64,000 bases of DNA from Candidatus Latescibacterota bacterium (GTDB lineage: Bacteria > Latescibacterota > UBA2968 > UBA8231), in contig OZ220089.1 of NCBI GenBank assembly GCA_964291625.2, forward strand, positions 3,168,001 to 3,232,000. The letters are read 5' to 3'. The notes under the pieces were generated by a model. The model did not search any database. It saw nothing but the letters and a program-made list of their open reading frames with translations, and had not been told where the DNA came from. Shown piece by piece: positions 10,201 to 17,913 of this stretch (position 1 is the stretch's first letter; every line of letters begins with the position of its first letter). The position numbers and the translations under genes are program-made.

Positions 10201-10525
10201 GGACCTCCATCACCGCCAGGTCCATGTCGGTGCCGGCCTTGAACTCAACCCTCACGCTCGACGAGTTGCCCCCGGAGCTGGAGCTGAGGCGCTCGATGTT
10301 GCCGAGCATGGCCAGGGACTGCTCCAGGGGGACGGTGATCTCCCGCTCGATCTCCTCCGGGGAGGCCGACGGGTACGAGACCCGGACGTTCACGGAGGAG
10401 GAGGTCATCGTCGGGTAGGCCTCCATGGGGATCCGCGTGAAGCAGACCACGCCGAGGACGACCGTGGAGACGGTGATCATGGCCAGGGTCACGGGCCGTT
10501 CGACGGCTAGGCGGGCGAGTCTCAT
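7238..10525 (-). CDS. RND efflux transporter permease (AcrB/CzcA-like) no. 2
   Basis: MRLARLAVERPVT start, GMLVDPAVV, GIVVNNGIVL, RMRPILMT; ATGA overlap. Confidence 0.93.
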   Translation of the reverse strand: MRLARLAVERPVTLAMITVSTVVLGVVCFTRIPMEAYPTMTSSSVNVRVSYPSASPEEIEREITVPLEQSLAMLGNIERLSSSSGGNSSSVRVEFKAGTDMDLAVMEVRDRVDQVRGLLPPDVDRVSLFRWNNEAYPVLEADLAWKGADERLFDIVRDVVEPRVLRIDGVANVEIDGLQEKQLIIELDQQRLQAHDVSLPSLAGQLRAGNLDVSLGRVDHAGRRYLARVRGEFQDPREIGDLPLAGRNLRLSDLGEVSYEYPERTSFERLNGREAVEVEIYKVATDNTVDVALEVRAALEGIVDGYEGVLDINITRDRAEQILAELTKLKDTALLGSLLAVGIIFLFLRSIRSTIAIAVAIPASVCCVFTGIYVARELFDSAITLNMVSMVGLMLAVGMLVDPAVVTLESIFRRREEEGAGPVEAAVSGTREVGMAVLASALTTMCVFIPFFFLGSGSSRMVRFMGDAGLTICLAVGVSTVVALAVIPLAASRLFRPGAARHDRRLKIGVAAALVAALAWKLQTIGLESLAAWGRTTGARVLQTTLDMEWTTAATLGAVLLAVAALLRHFRRHGMRASYVRLLDWTLDHRAVTLAVALAMMGGGVWMFLNIEQQGMRWPSERRVDITVETERSFSLGGVDSLMGRIEQDLLAHAEELDLETLSTRIRQRNSRLRARLVDADEGHLTTMEAQQAIRRRLPEMAGVTYKMGRTRSWAGNLLGVEVQLKGIDPAVLAVLAEDVQARLTRLPGVTSVDTDLQEGDEEIQVSVDREQALGYGLSPREVASTISTALGTRRTTSFKAPEREIGVVLQLEEEDRANLEQLKNTAFEGQDGTPVQLAALADFTHAEAPRSLQREDRQQTLNVFANTTSRQAAYQLNPQVQAMMDEMALPPGYSWQLGRAARWDAQDTEGNLFTLLFAILLIYLIMASLFESLVHPFTIMFAIPFSLIGVSAALWGLDVAFDPNAMLGLLILFGIVVNNGIVLIDHINQYRREGMARRAAILRGGQNRMRPILMTAGTTILNLMPLVLPMVYGTAEGFARRWGPIGLVVVSGLATSTLLTLLLAPTLYSLLDDLSLWARRVMRASNPTMEPRSR

Positions 10526-13500
10526 GCCGGCGACCTGTCGAGAAGGGTGTAGACCACCGGGACGACGACCAGGGTCAGCACCGTCGACAGCAGCAGTCCG
10601 CCGATGACGGTGATCGCCATGGGGGCCCGGACCTCGGCGCCCTCGCCGATGCCCAGGGCCATGGGCAGCAGGGCCAGGACCGTGGTCGAGGTGGTCATCA
10701 GGATCGGCCGGAAGCGCAGCCGTCCGGCCTCGAGGACCGCCTCGAGCCGGGGCAGCCCGTCCCGGCGCCGCAGGGTGTTGACGTAGTCCACCAGGACGAT
10801 GGCGTTGTTCACCACGATGCCCGCCAGCATGATCAGCCCGATGAGGACGACGACGCTCACCGTTTCGTCGGCGGCCATCAGCGCCAGCAGGCTGCCCACC
10901 AGGCCGAGGGGGATGGTGAACATGATCACCAGGGGGTGGAGGAAGGACTCGAACTGCGAGGCCATCACCAGGTAGACGAGGAAGACCGCCAGCAGGAGAG
11001 CGAACCTCATGCTGTCGAAGGACCTCACCATCTCCTCGTTCTGGCCGCCCATGGAGATCTCGAACCCTTCCGGCAGCGAGATCCCGGCGGCCAGGGTCTC
11101 GATCTCCTCCACGGCGCTGCCCAGGTCGAGGCCGGCCAGGTTGGCGGTGATCAGCACCACCCGCTCCTGGTCGAGGCGGCGGATCTCGGCCGGTCCCTCG
11201 ACCACGGCCAGGTCGGCCACCGACTCGAGGGAGACGGGCACCGGGTAGCTCGGGGGGCTGATCACGAGGCGCTGCAGGTCCTCCAGGGAGCGCCGCTCCT
11301 CCTCCACGGCCCGCACCCGCACGTCGATGTGGCGGTCCCGCCGGATGACCTCGGTGGAGACCAGTCCCTGCAGCTGGTTGCGGAGCAGGTCGCCGGCGCC
11401 CTGGATGGTGGTGCCCAGCTCGGCGATGCGCTCGCGGTGGAAGACGACCTGGATCTCCGGCTGGCCGCCCTCGGCGCTCGACTTGACGTCCACCAGGCCC
11501 GGTATGGCGCGCATGCCCGAGGCCAGCTCGGCGGCGACGGAGGTCAGGGTCTCCAGGTTGCGGCCCGTCACCTCGACCTCGACCGGGGAGCGGAGGGAGA
11601 AGTAGGAAGGCCGCGAGAGCGTGTGGTCGAGGTCGGGCACGCCGGCCAGCAGCCGGTGGACCCGGTCCATGACCAGCTCCTCGGACCGCTCCCCCCCGGG
11701 CGCCAGGCGCACGAAGAGCTGGGCCAGATTCTCCTTCTTCTCGTCGGCGAAGCCCCCGGTCTGGCCGCTGGCGCCGATCTGGCTGAAGACGGTGGCCACG
11801 CCCGGCAGCTCGCGCACCTGCGTGTCGAGGCGGGTCACCATCTCCGCCGTCCGCTCCAGGGGCGTGCCGGCGGGCCACTCGAGGTCGACGAGGAACTCCC
11901 CCTGGCTCATCTCCGGGATCAGCTCGACGCCGAGGGTGCGCGCCTGGAAGAGCACCCCGGCCGACAGGGCCGCGAAGACGGCGAGGGAGACGGCGCGGTG
12001 GCGCAGGCACCAGCCCAGGGCCCGGGGGTAGAAGCCGGCGGCGGCGCCGTAGCCTGATTCGAAGAGCCAGAAGAGCGGGGTGAGCAGCGTCGCCAGCCCA
12101 CGGCCGAGGCCCTGGAGCATCGCCCCGAGGGCCCGCAGCAGGGCGGCGGGTCCCCGGACGGCGGCCCCGTCGCCGCGGCCCTCCTCCTCGGCCGTCAGCG
12201 GGCGCAGGCTCAGGGAGGCGAGCATGGGGATCAGCATCAGCGCCACCAGGAGGGCGGCCGCGAGGGAGAAGGTCACGGTCAGCGCCTGGTCGCGGAAGAG
12301 CTGTCCGGCCACGCCCTCGACGAAGACGATGGGCACGAAGACGCAGATCGTCGTCAGGGTGGCGGCGATCACGGCGGATCCGACCTCGCCGGCGCCGAGG
12401 CGCGCCGCCTCCAGCGCCGAACGGCCCTGCTCGCGGTGGCGCTGCACGTTCTCCAGGACGACGATGGAGCTGTCCACGAGCATGCCCACGCCCAGGGCGA
12501 GCCCGCCGAGGGACATGATGTTCAGGCTCACGCCGGTGGCGTACATGAGGAAGAAGGTGGCCGCCACCGAGATCGGGATCGACAGGCTGATGATCGCCGT
12601 GCTCTGGAGATGGCGCAGGAAGAGGAAGAGGATGACGATCGCCAGCAGGCCGCCGATGACGGCCGTCTTCAGGACCTCGTCCACCGACTGGGAGATGAAC
12701 CGCGCCTGGTCGACGACGATCTCCACCTCGGCGTCGCCCAGCAGGTCGCCGAAGCGGGCCTGGAACTCCTCCAGGCGTTCGCGCACCGCCGCCGAGACGC
12801 TCACCGTGTTGGCGTCGCCCTCCTTGAAGACGGCGATCTCCACGCCCTCCCGGCCGTCGATGCGGGTCACCACGTCGCGCTCCTCGTGGCCGCGCACCAC
12901 GCGTCCCACGTCGGCCAGCTTCACCGGGGCCCCCTCGACCCGGGCGATGACGATCTGCTCGATGTCGGCGGGCCCCGTGAGCTCGTTCAGGGTGCGCACC
13001 AGGAACTCCGCCTCGCCGTCCTTCAGCAGGCCCCCCGTGAGGTTCACGTTCTCCGCCGCCAGGCGCTGGGTCACCTGGCTGATGGGGATGCCGAGGCTGG
13101 CCAGGCGCCGGGTCTCCAGCTCGACCTGGATCTCCTCCTCGAGCCCGCCCTCAACGCGCACCGCCGCCACGCCCTCGAGGCTCTCGAGGTCCAGGCGCAC
13201 GCGGTCCTCGGCGACCCGGCGCAGCTCCATGAGGCTGGTGCCGCCGTAGAGGGCGATGCGCATGATCGGGTCGAGGGAGGGGTCGAAGCGCAGCAGGATG
13301 GGGCTGCCCGCCTCCTGGGGCAGGTTCACGAGGTCGAGCTTCTCCCGCAGGTCGAGGGAGGCGAAGTCCATGTCGGTGCCCCACTCGAACTCGACGATCA
13401 CGTCGGACAGCCCCGGCCGCGAGACGGAGCTGACGCGCACGACGCGGCTGACCACGCCCACCAGCCCTTCGATCGGCTCCGAGATCAGCCGCTCGATCTC

Positions 13501-13671
13501 GGCCGGGGCGGTGCCCGGGTACTCGGTGCGGATGGTGATCGTGGGATAGGTGATGTCGGGCAGCAGGTTCACCGACAGACGCGAGAACCCCACCATGCCG
13601 AAGGCGGCCACGGCGACCATGATCATGGCCACCGTCACCCGCCGGGTGGTAGAGAAATCGACGAGCTTCAC
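10522..13671 (-). CDS. RND efflux transporter permease no. 1
   Basis: GMLVDSSIVVLEN, GIVVNNAIVLVD, RFRPILMTT, APMAITVIGGL. Confidence 0.95.
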   Translation of the reverse strand: MKLVDFSTTRRVTVAMIMVAVAAFGMVGFSRLSVNLLPDITYPTITIRTEYPGTAPAEIERLISEPIEGLVGVVSRVVRVSSVSRPGLSDVIVEFEWGTDMDFASLDLREKLDLVNLPQEAGSPILLRFDPSLDPIMRIALYGGTSLMELRRVAEDRVRLDLESLEGVAAVRVEGGLEEEIQVELETRRLASLGIPISQVTQRLAAENVNLTGGLLKDGEAEFLVRTLNELTGPADIEQIVIARVEGAPVKLADVGRVVRGHEERDVVTRIDGREGVEIAVFKEGDANTVSVSAAVRERLEEFQARFGDLLGDAEVEIVVDQARFISQSVDEVLKTAVIGGLLAIVILFLFLRHLQSTAIISLSIPISVAATFFLMYATGVSLNIMSLGGLALGVGMLVDSSIVVLENVQRHREQGRSALEAARLGAGEVGSAVIAATLTTICVFVPIVFVEGVAGQLFRDQALTVTFSLAAALLVALMLIPMLASLSLRPLTAEEEGRGDGAAVRGPAALLRALGAMLQGLGRGLATLLTPLFWLFESGYGAAAGFYPRALGWCLRHRAVSLAVFAALSAGVLFQARTLGVELIPEMSQGEFLVDLEWPAGTPLERTAEMVTRLDTQVRELPGVATVFSQIGASGQTGGFADEKKENLAQLFVRLAPGGERSEELVMDRVHRLLAGVPDLDHTLSRPSYFSLRSPVEVEVTGRNLETLTSVAAELASGMRAIPGLVDVKSSAEGGQPEIQVVFHRERIAELGTTIQGAGDLLRNQLQGLVSTEVIRRDRHIDVRVRAVEEERRSLEDLQRLVISPPSYPVPVSLESVADLAVVEGPAEIRRLDQERVVLITANLAGLDLGSAVEEIETLAAGISLPEGFEISMGGQNEEMVRSFDSMRFALLLAVFLVYLVMASQFESFLHPLVIMFTIPLGLVGSLLALMAADETVSVVVLIGLIMLAGIVVNNAIVLVDYVNTLRRRDGLPRLEAVLEAGRLRFRPILMTTSTTVLALLPMALGIGEGAEVRAPMAITVIGGLLLSTVLTLVVVPVVYTLLDRSPA

Positions 13672-14984
13672 CGCCCGCCCCCGCGGGATCCGCCGCCCCC
13701 GGAACCCCGGCCTTCGCCGCGGCGGCGCCAGTCGCCGCCGCCACCCTCGGCGAGGCGCGCCTTCATCTGCCCGTACCGCTGCACCGCCTGCTCCTCGGTC
13801 AGCCCCCGGCCCATGGCGCGGGCCACGAAGGCGGCCGAGTCGGGCGGGGCTCCGCGCCCTCCGGGCCCCGCCGCCGCCTCGGGGCCCGGAGGAGCGCCGG
13901 ACCCGGCGGTATCGCCCGCCGCAGCCGCCTCACCGGCCTCGCCCACGACCCGCACCACGGCGCCGTCCTTGAGGCCCTCGTGGCCGACGGTGATCACCCG
14001 GTCGCCGTCGGTCAGGCCCGAGAGCACCTCGATGCGGTCGCCGTCGGCGTATCCCAGCTCCACCCGCAGCCGCCTCGCCTGGCCGTCGCGCACGGCGAAG
14101 ACGTCGTCCTGGTCGGTCTCCAGGACCAGGGCCTTCTTGGGGATGATCAGGGCCCGGTCGTGGACCTCCGTGATGATGCGCACGGAGGCGAACATCCCGG
14201 GGCGCAGGCCCTCGGCCGGAGGGATGTCGAGGGTCACCTTGACGGTGCCGCTCGCCGGGTCGACGCCGGGGTTGATGCGGCGCACGCTGGCGGGGAAGAC
14301 CTGCCCCGGCAGGGCGTCGATCATCACCCGCGCCGGTTGGCCCGCGTGGATCTGGCTCATGCGCTTCTCGGGCACCTGGATGCGGGCCTGCAGGGGATCG
14401 AGGTCGGCCACCGAGAACAGGACTTCGTTGGCCCGCACCAGGTCGCCCTGCTCCACCTGGCGCAGCATGACGATGCCGTCGATGGGGGCCCGGATGTCGG
14501 TGTACTCCAGGCTCAACTGGGCCTCGCGCAGGGCCACCGCGGCGTTCTCGAGCTGGTTGCCGGCGCTCTCGAACTCCTCCTGGCTCACCAGCTGCTGCCC
14601 GTGCAGGGCCTCGATACGCTCCTTGGCGGACCGCGCCTGGGCCAGGGCCACCTCCGCCTGCCTCACCCGGAGGCTGGCCTCCTCCTTCTCCAGGTGCAGG
14701 AGGATCTGCCCCTCCTCGACGAGATCGCCCTCCTCGGCCCGCAGGCGCTCGGCCAGCCCCTGGGCCCGCGACACGACCTCCACCCAGCGCTCGGCCTGGA
14801 GGCGGGCGTGGGTCTCCACGTAGCTGGTGATCTCGCCGCGCTCGACCGCCTGGGTGCGCACCGGCAGGGCCGCCTCACCACCCGGCCGGCCGCCTCCGCG
14901 GCCCGGCCATCCTCCGCCTCCCTCCTCGTCGCCCCCGCAGGAGGCGAGCACCGCCGCCGCGATTCCGGTGATCCATCCTCTCAC
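13668..14984 (-). CDS. RND efflux periplasmic adaptor (membrane fusion) lipoprotein
   Basis: Lipobox LASC, EEGDLVEEGQ, IRAPIDG, LRPGMF, IEVLSGL. Confidence 0.93.
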   Translation of the reverse strand: MRGWITGIAAAVLASCGGDEEGGGGWPGRGGGRPGGEAALPVRTQAVERGEITSYVETHARLQAERWVEVVSRAQGLAERLRAEEGDLVEEGQILLHLEKEEASLRVRQAEVALAQARSAKERIEALHGQQLVSQEEFESAGNQLENAAVALREAQLSLEYTDIRAPIDGIVMLRQVEQGDLVRANEVLFSVADLDPLQARIQVPEKRMSQIHAGQPARVMIDALPGQVFPASVRRINPGVDPASGTVKVTLDIPPAEGLRPGMFASVRIITEVHDRALIIPKKALVLETDQDDVFAVRDGQARRLRVELGYADGDRIEVLSGLTDGDRVITVGHEGLKDGAVVRVVGEAGEAAAAGDTAGSGAPPGPEAAAGPGGRGAPPDSAAFVARAMGRGLTEEQAVQRYGQMKARLAEGGGGDWRRRGEGRGSGGGGSRGGGR

Positions 14985-15616
14985 GACTCATCTCCTCGAC
15001 TCGGTTCCTTGCCCACGCCGTGCAGGAACACGCGCACGACCTCGGACACGATCTGGTCGGGCCCCAGGCCCTGCTCGTTGGACCGGATGCAGGAGCGGAT
15101 CATTCCGAGCAGGATCTGGGCGTCCGTGTTCAGGTGGGGCACGGCGAAGGCGCCCCGCTCCTCGCCGTAGCGCAGGACCTGGGCGACGGCGTCGACCAGC
15201 TGCTCCCGCTGCACCTTCCACCGCCGCCGGTGTTCCCGCCGCCGGGCGGCCTCGCTCTCGTCCCGCCACATGAGCCGGAAGAGGAACCGGTTGCGGCTCA
15301 TGTATCCCACCACGGCGCGCACCGCGTGCTCCAGGCGGTCCACCGGGTCGGGGCTGGCCACCTCGCGGATCTGCCGCTGCAGCTCCTCGAAGCCCTCGGT
15401 GAGGACGGTGAGATAGAGGGATTCCTTGTCCGCGAAGTAGCGGTAGATCGTCCCCTTGGCGACCCCGGCCTCCTCGGCCACGTCCTCCATCAGGACCTCG
15501 TCGAAGCGGCCATCGGCGAAGAGCCGCTCGGCGGCCTCGAGGATCGCCCGGCGCCGTTCCTCCTGGGCGGGTGTCAGATCGGACGGCGATTCTGAGCCCG
15601 GCAAGGGAATCTCCAT
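14981..15616 (-). CDS. TetR/AcrR-family transcriptional regulator
   Basis: HTH: ILEAAERLFADGRF..MEDVAEEAGVAKGTIYRYFADKESL. Confidence 0.95.
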   Translation of the reverse strand: MEIPLPGSESPSDLTPAQEERRRAILEAAERLFADGRFDEVLMEDVAEEAGVAKGTIYRYFADKESLYLTVLTEGFEELQRQIREVASPDPVDRLEHAVRAVVGYMSRNRFLFRLMWRDESEAARRREHRRRWKVQREQLVDAVAQVLRYGEERGAFAVPHLNTDAQILLGMIRSCIRSNEQGLGPDQIVSEVVRVFLHGVGKEPSRGDES

Positions 15617-15644
15617 TCTGCGTCACGCACCCGGCCAAGGGATG

Positions 15645-15658
15645 ACTGACCGGTCAGT
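15645..15658. promoter_or_regulatory. putative TetR operator, perfect 14-bp palindrome ACTGACCGGTCAGT
   Basis: Palindrome lies between the predicted promoter and the tetR start codon. Confidence 0.75.
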
Positions 15659-15670
15659 TCAGTTCCCGGG

Positions 15671-15699
15671 AATGTGCGGGGGCGGCCTTGTTCTGTCAA
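15671..15699 (-). promoter_or_regulatory. sigma70-type promoter of the tetR-RND operon
   Basis: Minus strand TTGACA-N17-CACATT. Confidence 0.7.
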
Positions 15700-15731
15700 C
15701 GGCGGAAACGGTGGGAACCTCGGGTCCGCCC

Positions 15732-16502
15732 TCAGGCGACGCGGTAGCTGGAGGCCGTGTAGTGCAGGGTCTGGCCCACCTCGAGGGCGGCCACCCTGGT
15801 GCCGGCGGAGAGGAACTCGACCCCCCGGCGAAGCTCGTCGATGTCGGCGGGCTGGCCCATGGTCTCGCCGTAGTGGCAGGGGATCACCACGTCGGGCCGG
15901 ATCAGGCTGGCGGCGCGGGCGGCCTCGCGGACGCCCATGGTGAACATGCCGCCCACGGGCAGGATCGCCACCTGGGGGCCGTGCATCTGGCCGATGAGCT
16001 GCATGTCGGAGAACAGGCAGGTGTCGGCCGAGTCGTAGATGGTGACGCCGTCGTCGAAGGAGAGGACGAAGCCGGCCACGGCCCCGTCGGGGCGGAAGTA
16101 CTCGTCGTCCGAAGGCTCCCCCTTGGCCAGGCTCGGAGACATGGACAGGGAGTGGTGGGCCTGGGTCATGGTGAGGGTTACGTCCTTGATCTTCGTCGAG
16201 CCTCCCGGGTTCAGGGGCACGGCGGTGTCGCCGAGCTCGAGGCCGTGGGCCTCGGCCACCAGGCACATCTCGTAGCAGCCGACGAACTTCGCCTGCGTGC
16301 GCCTGCAGATCTCGAAGGAGTCGCCCACGTGGTCGTTGTGTCCGTGGGAGGCGATGACGATGTCCGCCTTGCGCACCTGCGAAACCCGCAGGCGGGCCGT
16401 GGGGTTGTCGTCGAGCCAGGCGTCGAAGTAGATCACGGTCCCCTCGCCCGACTCGAAGCGGAAAGAGGCGTGACCGAGGAAGGTGATCTTCGCGGATGCC
16501 AT
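15732..16502 (-). CDS. metallo-beta-lactamase-fold metal-dependent hydrolase (UPF0173-like)
   Basis: ITFLGHASF, SHGHNDH, ILPVGGMFTM, VIPCHYG; RBS GGAGGA. Confidence 0.9.
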   Translation of the reverse strand: MASAKITFLGHASFRFESGEGTVIYFDAWLDDNPTARLRVSQVRKADIVIASHGHNDHVGDSFEICRRTQAKFVGCYEMCLVAEAHGLELGDTAVPLNPGGSTKIKDVTLTMTQAHHSLSMSPSLAKGEPSDDEYFRPDGAVAGFVLSFDDGVTIYDSADTCLFSDMQLIGQMHGPQVAILPVGGMFTMGVREAARAASLIRPDVVIPCHYGETMGQPADIDELRRGVEFLSAGTRVAALEVGQTLHYTASSYRVA

Positions 16503-16627
16503 GTGTGATCCTCCGGGGGATAAGAGAAGGTGAAGGTCTGACCGCGGCCGCAATCGGAAGCCGCGGGGTACAAAGGTCTTCGCAGCCGCTTGGCCAGCCG
16601 GCGGAGACGATCCGCAGGCTATCCTCG

Positions 16628-16870
16628 TCAGGTGGGTTCCGGTTCGGTCTCCGATGGCCGCCAGGGCCCGAGTGCCGCGCCTTCGATGCGGGCCAGTCGG
16701 CGGTCGATGCTGGCCAGTTCGCGCCGCACCTCGGCAGACTCGCTGCGCAGCTCGCCGCGCAGGGTGTCGATGCGTTCGCAGGTGCGGTTGTGCAGCGACA
16801 CCATCACCGCCAGCAGCGCCGCGAACAGGGTAGCGCCTACGGCGACGATGGCGATCAATTCGGGGGTCAT
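16628..16870 (-). CDS. small hypothetical protein, N-terminal TM helix plus coiled coil
   Basis: MTPELIAIVAVGATLFAALLAVMVSL then heptad-like RIDTLRGELRSE..IDRRLARIEG; RBS-like AAAGGGA. Confidence 0.7.
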   Translation of the reverse strand: MTPELIAIVAVGATLFAALLAVMVSLHNRTCERIDTLRGELRSESAEVRRELASIDRRLARIEGAALGPWRPSETEPEPT

Positions 16871-16883
16871 GATCCCTTTCTCC

Positions 16884-16960
16884 AAGCATGCTTCCGCTGT
16901 CGCCCACCACCTTGTAGTCGAGGTCGATCCCGAGCACCGCGTTCGCACCCTTGGCCCGCG
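16884..16960 (-). pseudogene. fragment of a YbjQ/UPF0145 gene
   Basis: Translates to RAKGANAVLGIDLDYKVVGDSGSML, matching the YbjQ C-terminal motif; N-terminus and final GTAV absent. Confidence 0.65.
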
Positions 16961-17133
16961 ACTCTGGTCGTCAGGAGCACGGCACACCTCGTCGTGGTGG
17001 AGCCGCTGCGGGCAGTCAGCATGCGGCAGGGTGAAGTCGGCGGGAGAAAAAGTACCTCCGCAGGTGGCTGGTCAAGGGAGCCGGGGGTTGTCGGCGATGG
17101 TCATTCCGGCTCCGACCTTGGAGGGAGACGACT

Positions 17134-17868
17134 CTACGCTGCGAACTCCAGGACGTCCCTGTACTTCCCGTAGCAGGAGCGGCACGCGGGCTTGAGCAGA
17201 GTCGCCGCGTGCTCGCTTCCGCAAATGTGGCAATGCTTCTCCCTGGATGTCTTTTCCTTTCCGTTCCGTCGCCAGCTCGCGTAGCAGGGCCTGCAGTAGG
17301 GCTGAGCCGGGTTGGCCGGCAGGTCCCCTCGGCAGCGGATGCAGAACCCATGTTGCGGCTGTTCCATGGTCAATAGGGGTCCCTCTTCGGATTCCCGATC
17401 GATCTTTGCAGCCATCAACGGATGATCCTCACCTCTTATGACAACCTCACTTTGTTGCCGGATCCGTTCCGACTCCTCGAGTATACCGGAGTAGAGTTCG
17501 TGGTCCTTCTCTGCTGTTACGAGTATGCCCATCTCCCGGTTGTTGACCTGTGAGTAGTCATAGAGGTTCATCGAGGTCAGGAGGGCCTCGTTTTCATTGA
17601 AGTAGCACTTCGCGTGAAGGGTCTTGCAGTATCGCGTCGTGACAGAAGTCATCGATTCAAGCCAGGTTCTCTCGTCTTTGCGCAGCTCCTTCTTCTTCCC
17701 ATACAAGACACATATGGGGATGCTCAAGGTGTCCTTTTCGCTGAGGAGCACCTTGAGACGATCATTTACCCTGAGATACGGGCTGACAATCACAATGAAC
17801 TTCGTTGCTTTCTGGATTATCTCCTCAATCCGGGCTGTGATTGCTGCCGTAGCGAGTAGTTCTGCCAT
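17134..17868 (-). CDS. phospholipase D-like (single HxK) domain protein with C-terminal Cys-rich Zn-binding region
   Basis: IVSPY, LHAKCY...TSMNL...NREMG; four CxxC pairs (CIRC, CRPC, CHIC, CRSC); more AT-rich than flanks. Confidence 0.85.
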   Translation of the reverse strand: MAELLATAAITARIEEIIQKATKFIVIVSPYLRVNDRLKVLLSEKDTLSIPICVLYGKKKELRKDERTWLESMTSVTTRYCKTLHAKCYFNENEALLTSMNLYDYSQVNNREMGILVTAEKDHELYSGILEESERIRQQSEVVIRGEDHPLMAAKIDRESEEGPLLTMEQPQHGFCIRCRGDLPANPAQPYCRPCYASWRRNGKEKTSREKHCHICGSEHAATLLKPACRSCYGKYRDVLEFAA

Positions 17869-17913
17869 CTGGAGAGACTCCCTGTATCCAGAACTCAGTC
17901 AGTCTTGAAGGCC

